From: a virus
Direction: 5' to 3' (one strand)
DNA: 64,000 bases
Virus record (IMG/VR): IMGVR_UViG_3300027746_000697
Span: 1 to 64,000 of that record
The translations under genes and the position numbers were made by a program. A model generated the notes under the pieces. It was not told the origin of the DNA, ran no database searches, and worked only from the letters and a program-made list of their open reading frames with translations. Of the stretch, positions 1 through 8,723 are shown one piece after another (the first letter of the stretch is position 1; each line of letters starts with the position of its first letter).

Positions 1-120
1 TAACGGATTAATGCTGAATATTTTAAAATTGTAATCTGATTGTAACGCTTTAATGACACCATTGCCCGACTGTACGCTACACTTAGGATCGTACAAAAAT
101 AAGGCAATGGTAGGTTTCAT
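1..120 (-). CDS. BPL-N/GATase1-like protein, N-terminal part (truncated by window edge); paralog of 59339..59974
   Basis: Manual translation MKPTIALFLYDPKCSVQSGNGVIKALQSDYNFKIF aligns with MKTIALFVHDPKCSVQSANGIMRALSPHYRFKLF. Confidence 0.8.
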   Translation of the reverse strand, partial: MKPTIALFLYDPKCSVQSGNGVIKALQSDYNFKIFSINPL

Positions 121-362
121 GATACTGTATTCTTTTTAATTTTCATTCCAACAAATGTTCCAACAAATGCCCCTGCTATTGCTGGAATCATCAACCAATG
201 ATTAGTTGTATAATTTATAACTGCTATACTTCCTAAAATATAACAAGCCACCGACCAAAAACTTGCGCCTAATACATTGTCATCGGCCACACATCTTAAA
301 TAATATGTATAAACAACATCTAGCAAAAAGATTGCAAAAAATGTTGTAGCATAATCTATCAT
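117..362 (-). CDS. small multi-pass membrane protein
   Basis: 81 aa, about three hydrophobic segments, ATGA-coupled to the next gene. Confidence 0.75.
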   Translation of the reverse strand: MIDYATTFFAIFLLDVVYTYYLRCVADDNVLGASFWSVACYILGSIAVINYTTNHWLMIPAIAGAFVGTFVGMKIKKNTVS

Positions 363-496
363 TTTTTATCATCTTTCTTTTCTTCTACTTTACGCTCAAT
401 TGGTGGAGGAAAGTAAGGTTCAATTACGTAGTGATTTGCGCCCCACCAGCCAAATGCGGTGAAAAACCCATATACTATGACTTCTAGTATGCCCAT
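359..496 (-). CDS. small membrane protein (45 aa, not in ORF track)
   Basis: MGILEVIVYGFFTAFGWWGANHYVIEPYFPPPIERK...; AAGGA SD and late motif upstream; stop overlaps next start. Confidence 0.6.
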   Translation of the reverse strand: MGILEVIVYGFFTAFGWWGANHYVIEPYFPPPIERKVEEKKDDKK

Positions 497-536
497 GTCT
501 GTGTCCTTTCATTAACTACTACTATTTAGCTTGCTC

Positions 537-561
537 ATAAAAATAGGAACCTAAGTTCCTA
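537..561 (-). terminator. intrinsic terminator
   Basis: TAGGAAC-TTAG-GTTCCTA followed by TTTTT on the minus strand. Confidence 0.7.
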
Positions 562-605
562 CTGCTGGTTACGAGTTCCAGCCCCACTCAATCTTTGTGG
601 ACGAT

Positions 606-923
606 TTAAACTGTCTTTTGTTCTGGCTCAACAAAAGCAACTACTTCTGCACCTTGATCGTCTAATCCGCCTTCTGGAAACGGCCATGTTGCACGAGCAA
701 TATGCTCTTCTGCAACTACTTCTTCATAATCTTCATTTTCTTCTAGAGCCTGTTCAAAGTCTTCATCATCTGGTATTGATACTACTGACAACATAACTTT
801 GTCGTATGTTGATAGCTCGTCGACTAGATCTTTAACATGTTGTAAAATCTCTAAACCGTTGTATGCACCATCATCTAATTCTAAATTAACATTTAACCCG
901 TGTACTGTCATTTCAAGTTTCAT
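606..923 (-). CDS. acidic hypothetical protein
   Basis: AAGGAG SD before MKLEMTVHG; D/E-rich C-terminal half. Confidence 0.7.
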   Translation of the reverse strand: MKLEMTVHGLNVNLELDDGAYNGLEILQHVKDLVDELSTYDKVMLSVVSIPDDEDFEQALEENEDYEEVVAEEHIARATWPFPEGGLDDQGAEVVAFVEPEQKTV

Positions 924-979
924 TTTGAGCTCCTTGTGGTTAGTGTGCTTGTGGCACACAATTATTTAACGGATAATCG

Positions 980-997
980 ATTACAAAGATTTTACAG
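980..997 (-). promoter_or_regulatory. Pho-box-like direct repeat
   Basis: CTGTAAA-ATCT-TTGTAAT on the minus strand, 11-bp period, similar to CTGTCAT-N4-CTGTCAT. Confidence 0.35.
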
Positions 998-1985
998 ATA
1001 TCAAATTGTCTTTAAATATTTCCCAGGCCTTCTCCCAAGTCCAGCGGCCACTACCTTCCCAGACCTTATTGCGATTCAACATAAGTGCATCGTTGACTGC
1101 CTGTTTCAGTTCATCATTCATACAACCAGTAATGCCCTCGTCGATGACATCCTCGGGACCTTGACATGGAAATGCGGCTACCGGAGTTCCGCAGGCCATT
1201 GCTTCTATCATAACAATGCCAAATGTTTCCCATTGACTTGGGAATACAAAAACTTCGGCATTGGCATAGTAACGTGCTAGATCGATTCCGGTCTTGAAAC
1301 CTGTAAAGTGTACATCTGGGTAACGTTTTTTGTAAGTGTCAAGCATAGGTCCATCACCTACCATAATCTTTAAGTATCCCGGATAGTCAAGTTCAAAAAA
1401 CTTTTCCAGATTTTTTTCTTTGCTTACACGGCTAACACATAGCAAATATTTTGCTAGTACTGTTTCTCTAAGAGCAGGAGTAAAGATATCGCGGTCAACA
1501 CCGCGAGTCCAAGGAATAACTTCACCACTGAAGCCGTGAGCTTGTAGTTCTTCAACCATTGAATCTGTAGTTGTTAGAACCTTGCCACTATGTTTATGAA
1601 ACCAGCGTACAAAGCGCCAAGTAAAAGACTCAGGTATTCCAAAAAGTTTCTTAAGTCCTTCTGGAAACTTAGTATGATAAGCGGTATTGTGAGGAATACC
1701 AGCCAATGAAAGATATGCTCGAGCCCACAGACCAAGAGGACCCTCTGTGGCGATATGGATATAATCCGGAGATATCTCCTCAATCTTCTTGCCCAAGTTC
1801 CGCGGATAGGCAATCTTGACTTCGTTGTAGCCAGGGCAATCAATGTAGCTGAACCACCCGGGATCCAACACCACAACGTGATAACCGTCACGAACAGCAC
1901 ACGCCTCAATATTCGTGTAGGTCGTAACCACGCCATTAATCTGATCCGGCAAGTTGTCTGTTATTATCAATATCTTCTTTGTCAT
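981..1985 (-). CDS. GT4-family glycosyltransferase (Agt-like diacylglycerol glycosyltransferase)
   Basis: KILIITD..PDQINGVVTT, HIATEGPLG, YHTKFPE, SRVSKEKN, FPSQWETFGIVMIEAMACGTPV; likely start MTKKIL. Confidence 0.85.
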   Translation of the reverse strand: MTKKILIITDNLPDQINGVVTTYTNIEACAVRDGYHVVVLDPGWFSYIDCPGYNEVKIAYPRNLGKKIEEISPDYIHIATEGPLGLWARAYLSLAGIPHNTAYHTKFPEGLKKLFGIPESFTWRFVRWFHKHSGKVLTTTDSMVEELQAHGFSGEVIPWTRGVDRDIFTPALRETVLAKYLLCVSRVSKEKNLEKFFELDYPGYLKIMVGDGPMLDTYKKRYPDVHFTGFKTGIDLARYYANAEVFVFPSQWETFGIVMIEAMACGTPVAAFPCQGPEDVIDEGITGCMNDELKQAVNDALMLNRNKVWEGSGRWTWEKAWEIFKDNLISVKSL

Positions 1986-2730
1986 TCTGTTTAGTCCATG
2001 TAACAATTTCCCAGGCTCCATCATGATGTTCCACCAATGCAGTACATGACTCAACCCAGTCGCCGTCATTCATATAAGTAACGCCATCTATTTGTTTGAT
2101 TTCAGCGTGATGTATGTGTCCACATATCACACCATCATAGCCACGCTTCTTGCAATAGCCTGCTAGATTTTTTTCAAACTGAAACATAAAGTCACTGGCC
2201 TTCTTGACTCTATGCTTGAGATATTTACTAAGACTCCAATAACCAAACCCTAATTTATGACGTACCCAATTGAACTTGCTGTTCCAGTCTAACACTAGGT
2301 CATATAACTTGTCACCCAGAAATGCAAGCCAAGGAGCAAGACGAGTAATACCGTCAAATAAATCACCATGTGTAACCAAATAGTGTCGGCCATCTGCACC
2401 TATATGTTCAGTTTGATTTTGTATTTCAATGAGTCCAAACGAAAAACCATATGGTATCATTGGCCTTAAAAACTCATCGTGATTGCCTGCCACATATATG
2501 ACTCTGGTGCCACGTTTGGCATGTCCCAGTACACGTCGAACCACATTGGTATGGCTTTGTTTCCAACGCCATTTGTTTTGTTGGATTTTCCATGCATCGA
2601 TTATATCTCCTACGAGATATAGCGTGTCACAACTATTATGCTTGAGGAAGTTGTTGAGCTTGTCTGCTTGACAGTCTCTAGTGCCTAAATGTACGTCAGA
2701 AATAAAAATGCTACGATAAGTTTTCTGCAT
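1936..2730 (-). CDS. plcP: metallophosphoesterase, PlcP/LpxH2 family (phospholipase C-like)
   Basis: SDVHLG, LVGDIID, GNHDE, HGDLFD and CGHIH motifs, YMNDGDWVES; coupled to a GT4 gene as in bacterial plcP-agt loci. Confidence 0.75.
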   Translation of the reverse strand: MQKTYRSIFISDVHLGTRDCQADKLNNFLKHNSCDTLYLVGDIIDAWKIQQNKWRWKQSHTNVVRRVLGHAKRGTRVIYVAGNHDEFLRPMIPYGFSFGLIEIQNQTEHIGADGRHYLVTHGDLFDGITRLAPWLAFLGDKLYDLVLDWNSKFNWVRHKLGFGYWSLSKYLKHRVKKASDFMFQFEKNLAGYCKKRGYDGVICGHIHHAEIKQIDGVTYMNDGDWVESCTALVEHHDGAWEIVTWTKQNDKEDIDNNRQLAGSD

Positions 2731-2735
2731 AGCAG

Positions 2736-2780
2736 TATTTATCGTAGCATAGTGTTGCTAATATTGCAGTTGTATTACAA
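2736..2780 (-). promoter_or_regulatory. Pho-box-like site plus -10-like element plus late TAAATA motif upstream of plcP
   Basis: TTGTAAT-ACAA-CTGCAAT (2780-2763), TATGCT 11 nt downstream, TAAATA at 2741-2736. Confidence 0.5.
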
Positions 2781-2782
2781 AC

Positions 2783-2941
2783 TTAAATCCTAACCAATGT
2801 CCACTTAGTTGTAAATGGTTTACCTTCGGCCTTGTGTTTCAGTATCTTAGCGAACTCTTTTTTACGCAGTTCGGAAACCGTTTCTGTATCATGGTCGACG
2901 CAAGCCCTGTACAGTTTGGCTAATAGCTTTTTCTGTTTCAT
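2783..2941 (-). CDS. small basic hypothetical protein
   Basis: AGGAGG SD before MKQKKLL; late motif upstream. Confidence 0.7.
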   Translation of the reverse strand: MKQKKLLAKLYRACVDHDTETVSELRKKEFAKILKHKAEGKPFTTKWTLVRI

Positions 2942-2968
2942 GGTTGTGTCCTCCTGACAAATATTTAG

Positions 2969-2998
2969 CAAAAAAAAGCCCGCCTAAGCGAGCTCTTT
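2969..2998 (-). terminator. intrinsic terminator
   Basis: AGCTCGC-TTAG-GCGGGCT followed by a T run on the minus strand. Confidence 0.7.
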
Positions 2999-3014
2999 GA
3001 TTACACTTTAAAAA

Positions 3015-3287
3015 TTAAAGTGTGATACCCATTGCTTTGGCTTTGTAGCCTAGTGCAATGATTTCTCTGCTGGCATTGCCCATTTCGTATTCAGTAACAG
3101 TTACACCGTTACCAGCCACACGGCTACGGCTGTAAACAGCATAACCTGATTGGCGAATACGACTAGCTTCTGCGGCAATATTCTTGATACCAAAACGCTT
3201 TTCAGCTTGAGCACCAGTAACTGACTCGCCGTTGTACAATGCGTTGAACAACTTGTAGGTCTTAGTTTCTTTCGAAATGAATTTCAT
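3015..3287 (-). CDS. putative winged-HTH DNA-binding protein
   Basis: helix pattern VTGAQAEKRFGIKNIAAEASRIRQSGYAV followed by a beta wing. Confidence 0.5.
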   Translation of the reverse strand: MKFISKETKTYKLFNALYNGESVTGAQAEKRFGIKNIAAEASRIRQSGYAVYSRSRVAGNGVTVTEYEMGNASREIIALGYKAKAMGITL

Positions 3288-3357
3288 ATATTTCCTCTTT
3301 TTAAGTTTTACTAGTATTCACTAGTTAGACTTAGTATACTATATGTAAAGAGTAAAC

Positions 3358-3711
3358 TCAAGCTGTTTGGCTATCTTGCGTTAGTTCAGGATGCCAAAAC
3401 TTCTTGCCGGGATATCGTTTGGCTGCAAGTGTCATAACTTGGTGCAGACTCTGTGCTTGTGCCAAAAACTCACCGGTCACTTTGTTGTAGGCATAAACCA
3501 AATCGTTTACACGTTCAATTTTGACTTCGATGGCATCTTCAGGGATGCCATCTGCTTCCACTTCTTCCATGACCTTTTGGGCATGTTCCAAATACTTGAT
3601 AGTCTCTTTAGCATTTCGAACCATACGTATCAACATGACTTGTTCCTTGACCCAAGAGCCTATGTAATAGCCCACCGCACCTGCAATTAGTAGTTCAAAT
3701 AGATTTTCCAT
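3358..3711 (-). CDS. hypothetical protein with N-terminal membrane anchor
   Basis: in a tightly packed minus-strand operon. Confidence 0.7.
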   Translation of the reverse strand: MENLFELLIAGAVGYYIGSWVKEQVMLIRMVRNAKETIKYLEHAQKVMEEVEADGIPEDAIEVKIERVNDLVYAYNKVTGEFLAQAQSLHQVMTLAAKRYPGKKFWHPELTQDSQTA

Positions 3712-3922
3712 TTTGATCCTTTTGATTGGTAACGTTATTTAATGTATCATGCGGAAATTCCGAGTGTTTTGTGCCCAAAACGCTGTAAAGGTTCCAAGTT
3801 ATTGGGTTCCAGTACCTATGAAACAGGTTATTTAAAAAAACTGCCAGCACAGCCAAACAGGCAATGCCCAAGCAGACCAGTACTGTACAGGCCAAAAAGT
3901 TACTTGCTGAATCCAATGTCAT
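3695..3922 (-). CDS. small membrane protein
   Basis: hydrophobic N-terminal half, ATGA coupling. Confidence 0.6.
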   Translation of the reverse strand: MTLDSASNFLACTVLVCLGIACLAVLAVFLNNLFHRYWNPITWNLYSVLGTKHSEFPHDTLNNVTNQKDQNGKSI

Positions 3923-4275
3923 TCTATTACTCCTTCAATTCGTTTACCTTCTTTTAATGTACGCATCAGTTGGCGATTAAGTTCTTTTTGTTCACCAGCC
4001 GCACGTTTCTTTTCATCGCTGATACGCAACATCATGTCATACTCACGTGCCCAACGTACACCAGCTAGCCAATCTTCAAGACGTTCAATGCTACCCACAA
4101 ACAGTTCCGCATCGCGACTGTAAATTGGCAAGCTGTCAGCATCCTTTGGCACAAGACTCAGAGCACCGTGATCCTCCGTCCAATCACTGTGCTTGCTCTT
4201 GCTGAACTTAAAGCCCAGCTCGTCAACCAATTGTTCAACACGTTTGATTCTTTGAATTGTGTTCCAACCGCTCAT
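3919..4275 (-). CDS. hypothetical protein
   Basis: ATGA-coupled ORF. Confidence 0.75.
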   Translation of the reverse strand: MSGWNTIQRIKRVEQLVDELGFKFSKSKHSDWTEDHGALSLVPKDADSLPIYSRDAELFVGSIERLEDWLAGVRWAREYDMMLRISDEKKRAAGEQKELNRQLMRTLKEGKRIEGVIE

Positions 4276-4526
4276 TTTATATCATCCTCTGTTGTTACAA
4301 AATGACTAATAACTAAATCCAATGCGGCAATAGTCTGTATGTTAAGGCCCACATCTTCTGGATGTAGCCAATAACCGTCAGGGTTTGAATCACTCTTGGG
4401 ATTCTTCTTCCATTGTTTTAATTCTTTTTTGAGATATGCACGATAGTCTTTTAGGTTAAGACTGGTAATGCGATCAGCAGTCTCTCCATCAATCCATTGG
4501 TGGGGTTTATGTTTTGCTTTGCTCAT
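4272..4526 (-). CDS. hypothetical protein
   Basis: ATGA-coupled ORF. Confidence 0.7.
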   Translation of the reverse strand: MSKAKHKPHQWIDGETADRITSLNLKDYRAYLKKELKQWKKNPKSDSNPDGYWLHPEDVGLNIQTIAALDLVISHFVTTEDDIK

Positions 4527-4977
4527 TGTAGTCTTTCGTTAGTTCTGAAACAAAAAGGAAACGTTCGTAGGCAAGACGAACAGTGGGATTGGCCATGAGT
4601 TTATCTGCTTCCAACATCATAGCCTTTACACCTGCTTCTGCACAGTCATGAACACTGAGTCCATTCAGTGTGCAAAGATCGTCACCAAACTCTTTGGCTA
4701 ATCGTTCCCATGCTCGTTTCTGGCCTGGGGTAATGGGAGTTTGTTTGGGACGTAGTTCGCTGGCCTTACTAATAGCCTTGCAAATAGCATCTTCAGCCAC
4801 ACGGCCAGCGGCTATCATAGCGGCATAGTTAGGATCAATGTTGTAGCGGCGGCTTGAGCCTCCGGGGTAGCTCATAACCAAATGAGTGCCTCGGGTAAAG
4901 CTGTCCAGAAAGTCGTTATCGTACTCACTAACTGGTACGTACTTTCGTCCAATTTTTTCGTAGTAGATTTTTTTCAT
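4507..4977 (-). CDS. hypothetical phage protein
   Basis: 156-aa ORF in operon. Confidence 0.75.
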   Translation of the reverse strand: MKKIYYEKIGRKYVPVSEYDNDFLDSFTRGTHLVMSYPGGSSRRYNIDPNYAAMIAAGRVAEDAICKAISKASELRPKQTPITPGQKRAWERLAKEFGDDLCTLNGLSVHDCAEAGVKAMMLEADKLMANPTVRLAYERFLFVSELTKDYNEQSKT

Positions 4978-5022
4978 CGCTTTTTACTGCTAGTTTATCG
5001 TACAGTAATTATAACAGCATTG

Positions 5023-5343
5023 TTAGGCTTTGTCAATGTCGTTTCCCCACTTGAGAACCCAAAAGGTGTAATCAACATCTTTGAGTTTGGCTACCACAGC
5101 GTACTTCATATGATATTGCAGTTGATCCATTTGTCTGTGCCATTCTGGAGTATCTACTGCTCGTTCCATTACCCATTTGCCCATTTCACTAGATTGCCAT
5201 TCGTATAAAGGTTGAGCGGCATATAAATCCGGGTCTTCAACATCGCCCATTTGAAAACGGTGTACAACTACTGTATGAATTTTGTAAGACTTGTCACCAA
5301 ACACCATGACATCGTGTGTTTGCGCATGTTTTGGTTTGGCCAT
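5023..5343 (-). CDS. hypothetical protein (C-terminal xLKW family)
   Basis: ends YTFWVLKWG; motif shared with neighbours. Confidence 0.7.
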   Translation of the reverse strand: MAKPKHAQTHDVMVFGDKSYKIHTVVVHRFQMGDVEDPDLYAAQPLYEWQSSEMGKWVMERAVDTPEWHRQMDQLQYHMKYAVVAKLKDVDYTFWVLKWGNDIDKA

Positions 5344-5375
5344 GTATCCGCGATTGGTTGCAGTAGTTATAGCCA

Positions 5376-6188
5376 TCACATGGCCAAATCAAACTGGATA
5401 GGATCAGCTTCTCGCACCACAGGTTTGCTGATTAATGGAGGTTTGGCAATCAACACGTTGGCTAATTGGCTACGCTCATTAACATTCTTCTGTCCTAGTA
5501 CCACAATACCATAATACTTTTTATCCTTTTCAACCAACATGACCACACAACGCCCTGCTGGATTGGTAAATCCGGTCTTACTGAGCAAAATGTTATCAAA
5601 TTTAAATATGCTAGGATTGGTATTGTGTAATTTGATATGTATTTGTTTCTTACCTTTTGGGATCAATATATCAGCAGTCTTTTCATCAGAATATGATTTA
5701 AGTGCTTCATTGTCTTTAACTGCGCCAATAAAACTAATCAATTCGGTGGCTGTGCTTACATTATTCTTACTTAGCCCGGTGGGCTCTTCGATACTGGTAT
5801 GTATTAAACCACGGCCTTTGATGTAGGCATTAGCATCCTTGATAAACTGATCAAAGCCTCCGGGGTACGTGTTAGCCAATGTTTCGGCAGCACGATTGTC
5901 ACTGCTGATCATCATGGCTTGCATTAGGTCGTGTCTAGATACCATAGCGCCATTGGGGAAACGGCCACCACTTTTACCTTTTACCTTAACCTTTTCATTT
6001 AGTTCTACACCGCTACGTAATATAGTGATAGCTGTGAACAATTTGGTAATGCTGGCGATTGGACGAACTTCGTATGTGTTAAATGACACTTGATATTCGT
6101 GTTGATCATAGTCATACAATGCATAAGCACCGTCTGCGTATGCAACAGTACTGAAAGATACAAGCAATGATAATAATATTTTTTTCAT
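5376..6188 (-). CDS. peptidase S11 D-Ala-D-Ala carboxy/endopeptidase (PBP7/PbpG-like), secreted
   Basis: signal peptide; SxxK (ASITK), SxN (SDN) and KTG motifs; TAAATA upstream. Confidence 0.9.
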   Translation of the reverse strand: MKKILLSLLVSFSTVAYADGAYALYDYDQHEYQVSFNTYEVRPIASITKLFTAITILRSGVELNEKVKVKGKSGGRFPNGAMVSRHDLMQAMMISSDNRAAETLANTYPGGFDQFIKDANAYIKGRGLIHTSIEEPTGLSKNNVSTATELISFIGAVKDNEALKSYSDEKTADILIPKGKKQIHIKLHNTNPSIFKFDNILLSKTGFTNPAGRCVVMLVEKDKKYYGIVVLGQKNVNERSQLANVLIAKPPLISKPVVREADPIQFDLAM

Positions 6189-6203
6189 CTACTATTTAAT
6201 AGT

Positions 6204-6461
6204 TTACAACCACCTTAGTGCAAACCAGTTGGCATCTTCTTCGCGTTCAAAGATCCAAACCAGTCCCATGGTTTCAAACGGTCCTTTGATGTGTGCGGCT
6301 GTCCATGCATCAATACTTGCTCCGACTTCCCAAGCCATTGGGCGTAGTATAACTTTGCGCCACCCTATTTGGCAAAGCATGTCTGTGAGGATACCAAAGT
6401 CTATCTCATCAGCTATTGCTTTGCCAGCCTTATTGATAATGTCTTGTTCTATATCATTCAT
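6204..6461 (-). CDS. hypothetical protein (FxLRW family)
   Basis: ends WIFEREEDANWFALRWL. Confidence 0.7.
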   Translation of the reverse strand: MNDIEQDIINKAGKAIADEIDFGILTDMLCQIGWRKVILRPMAWEVGASIDAWTAAHIKGPFETMGLVWIFEREEDANWFALRWL

Positions 6462-6838
6462 TTACGTGCCAACTCCAACAGCATCACATACTTCTGATAG
6501 GCTTTCTCCACAGCTGGATTGGCATTGCGTACTATCTGGTCCTTGCGTTCATGATCCCATGCCCGTTTGCCGTACTCGGCATCTTTGCTGAGATGTTGCA
6601 TGTGTTCCTGTTCTGCTACCAGCCTTGCCAAGTTGTCCGAAGTCAAGTGTATGGCTTTCATGGGAGTTATCTTGGTTTCCATTCGCCAATCGTCACTGGA
6701 GCAAACATCACGGTAGTAAGGTGCTGGTCTCACATATTGATTGTACTCGCGACTGTCTTCCACACGGCATTCAAACTTGGAAATAAAATACTCCAAGTCT
6801 TGATCACTGTATCTTTGTTTGGCGTAGTTGTGTCTCAT
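6458..6838 (-). CDS. hypothetical protein
   Basis: ATGA-coupled; C-terminal NPAVEKAYQKY. Confidence 0.7.
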   Translation of the reverse strand: MRHNYAKQRYSDQDLEYFISKFECRVEDSREYNQYVRPAPYYRDVCSSDDWRMETKITPMKAIHLTSDNLARLVAEQEHMQHLSKDAEYGKRAWDHERKDQIVRNANPAVEKAYQKYVMLLELARK

Positions 6839-7134
6839 GATGACCACCTGATTAGGAACATTGTGATTTGCTTTTCGCTCTTGAACTTCCAAACATTAAA
6901 ACTCATACGTGTACCACAGTGGCATTCGTCGGTCCATGCTTGTACAGGATCCATATCTGACTCATTAAGTCCACGTTCAAAGCCACGTGGGCCCACATCA
7001 TCTGTGTATGCTTGCAGTTTAAGTCCTGGCAAGCGTTGCCATTTTATTTTAGGTGTGAATGCCATTCTGTCGTAGAAGGATTTAAGTATATCAGCAACGT
7101 GTGATTTACCCATCTGTCTACCGTGTGATATCAC
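6835..7134 (-). CDS. hypothetical protein (FxxRW family)
   Basis: ends WKFKSEKQITMFLIRWSS; start uncertain. Confidence 0.65.
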   Translation of the reverse strand: MISHGRQMGKSHVADILKSFYDRMAFTPKIKWQRLPGLKLQAYTDDVGPRGFERGLNESDMDPVQAWTDECHCGTRMSFNVWKFKSEKQITMFLIRWSS

Positions 7135-7637
7135 AACTTGGGCATGGGGTTTAGTGTTTGTTCCAGCCACGGTTCACATGATTCCCAAGTTCTATAGATG
7201 TGTGCATGTCCACCGGCACGAATCCATTCTTCACAGTTGCTGGTACGGTCATCAATTAAGATGTCTCCAGGAGCACAATGGCGCCACTTGTCATGACTGA
7301 ATGGTCCAAACAGCACAGGTACACGTTCAAAACGTTCTATTGCCCACAGCACTTTGTCCCAAGCCGCAAATGGCATTGAATAATCATGTGGCAGTGCTGT
7401 GAGGAAACGTACTTCATCTGCTAGCCCAATAGCCACAGCATCACGACAAAAGTTAACCAGTTCATGTGCGCCTTCTTTAACAGGCAAGTCACGATAAAAA
7501 TGGCTGTTGCGTTTAACACGATCCCAATCTTCTTTGGGTATGCGTTCACTGTCTTTGTGCCAACGCATCTTGAGAAAATCCTGTGCGGCTGTGTGCCAAT
7601 CAGCTACCACATCGTCCATATCCAAATATATAATCAT
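7131..7637 (-). CDS. 5'(3')-deoxyribonucleotidase (HAD, NT5C-like)
   Basis: YLDMDDVVAD, FLTA, ILIDD and EWIRAGG motifs. Confidence 0.85.
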   Translation of the reverse strand: MIIYLDMDDVVADWHTAAQDFLKMRWHKDSERIPKEDWDRVKRNSHFYRDLPVKEGAHELVNFCRDAVAIGLADEVRFLTALPHDYSMPFAAWDKVLWAIERFERVPVLFGPFSHDKWRHCAPGDILIDDRTSNCEEWIRAGGHAHIYRTWESCEPWLEQTLNPMPKL

Positions 7638-8017
7638 GGTGCTATTTCTCTTAGTTCTGCTTCTAAGTCGTACTCGACAAATTTGCTGAGTAGTTCAAAG
7701 TTATCTTCAGCACGTTTAACTGCTTCTAATGCTTTCATCAGTGCTGGATTATTTTGAGCAAGCGTAAGTCTATTCATAGCCATAGTACGTTGCGCTCTGG
7801 CCCATTGCAATAAATCCTGTGTGTCTTGATCCAAACTCACCGTGGCATAACTGGTTGACAGGTTCATCCAATTAGCACCATCAAACACCTGCATATCTGT
7901 GCCCCATATACGTAGCATACCTTGTATAGGGTTAATAGGATTTTGATTAACATAAGGTAAAGCAGTATTACCTCCTGATACTACTAGTCCTTGACTGCCT
8001 TGTAGTCCTTTGATCAT
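7634..8017 (-). CDS. hypothetical phage protein
   Basis: ATGA-coupled ORF. Confidence 0.75.
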   Translation of the reverse strand: MIKGLQGSQGLVVSGGNTALPYVNQNPINPIQGMLRIWGTDMQVFDGANWMNLSTSYATVSLDQDTQDLLQWARAQRTMAMNRLTLAQNNPALMKALEAVKRAEDNFELLSKFVEYDLEAELREIAP

Positions 8018-8210
8018 TTCTTAAACCTTGGCATACATTATGTCCTGTGTATTGAAACGAGTCCAACATGGGCAATAGTCCAACCAAATCATCAGCAGGA
8101 TGTCGTTGTATCACTGGATGACCATCACCATCAGTCAGCATGAAGTACAGCTTCTCCGTGCCTTCTTCAATTTGATATTCAAAGATGTGTTGTAGATCTT
8201 CTAGGGTCAT
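7968..8210 (-). CDS. hypothetical protein
   Basis: ATG at 8210 overlaps the upstream stop. Confidence 0.55.
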   Translation of the reverse strand: MTLEDLQHIFEYQIEEGTEKLYFMLTDGDGHPVIQRHPADDLVGLLPMLDSFQYTGHNVCQGLRNDQRTTRQSRTSSIRR

Positions 8211-8314
8211 GCTCGGCACCTAACCAAATGTGAGAACATGGTCTTGCCGTTTTTCCGGGTATAGGCGAACCGCAAAAAGCATCGAGGGCATGTGACCCGT
8301 ATTGTATGTGTCAT
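8207..8314 (-). CDS. 35-aa Zn-finger-like peptide (not in ORF track)
   Basis: MTHTIRVTCPRCFLRFAYTRKNGKTMFSHLVRCRA; ATGA overlaps on both sides. Confidence 0.55.
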   Translation of the reverse strand: MTHTIRVTCPRCFLRFAYTRKNGKTMFSHLVRCRA

Positions 8315-8526
8315 TCTTCAACTCCGAAATGTTGTTTTATAACCTTGCTGATTTCGTAATGATCGTCAGCAGTTAACCCGACCTTGCGTCTAAAATCAAT
8401 ATTAGCACATTCTTTCACAATCAACTCGGCGAACTTTGCTAAGGGAACATTATCCCAATTCTCAATAGGAAAGTCGGCATCATCTAGTCCAGCCTGTCTA
8501 ACAAGTTCTCGAATTCGTTCGTTCAT
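8311..8526 (-). CDS. small phage protein (FAELIVKEC..HFGVEE family)
   Basis: tandem paralog of 8523..8723. Confidence 0.8.
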   Translation of the reverse strand: MNERIRELVRQAGLDDADFPIENWDNVPLAKFAELIVKECANIDFRRKVGLTADDHYEISKVIKQHFGVEE

Positions 8527-8723
8527 TCTTCAACTCCGAAATGTTGTTCAATCGCTACGGCACAATTATCTCTGTCAGTTTTCAAAGCATAATGATTAGG
8601 TTGGTCTCGACACACTTGAGCACATTCTCGAACAATCAACTCGGCGAGCTTTTGAGCACGTAGGGCAATCTCAGGAGCAGGATAGTCTGCTTGTACCATC
8701 AGTTGTCTAAGTCGTCTGTTCAT
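8523..8723 (-). CDS. small phage protein (LAELIVREC..HFGVEE family)
   Basis: tandem paralog; 26-nt 3' end identical to the previous gene. Confidence 0.8.
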   Translation of the reverse strand: MNRRLRQLMVQADYPAPEIALRAQKLAELIVRECAQVCRDQPNHYALKTDRDNCAVAIEQHFGVEE

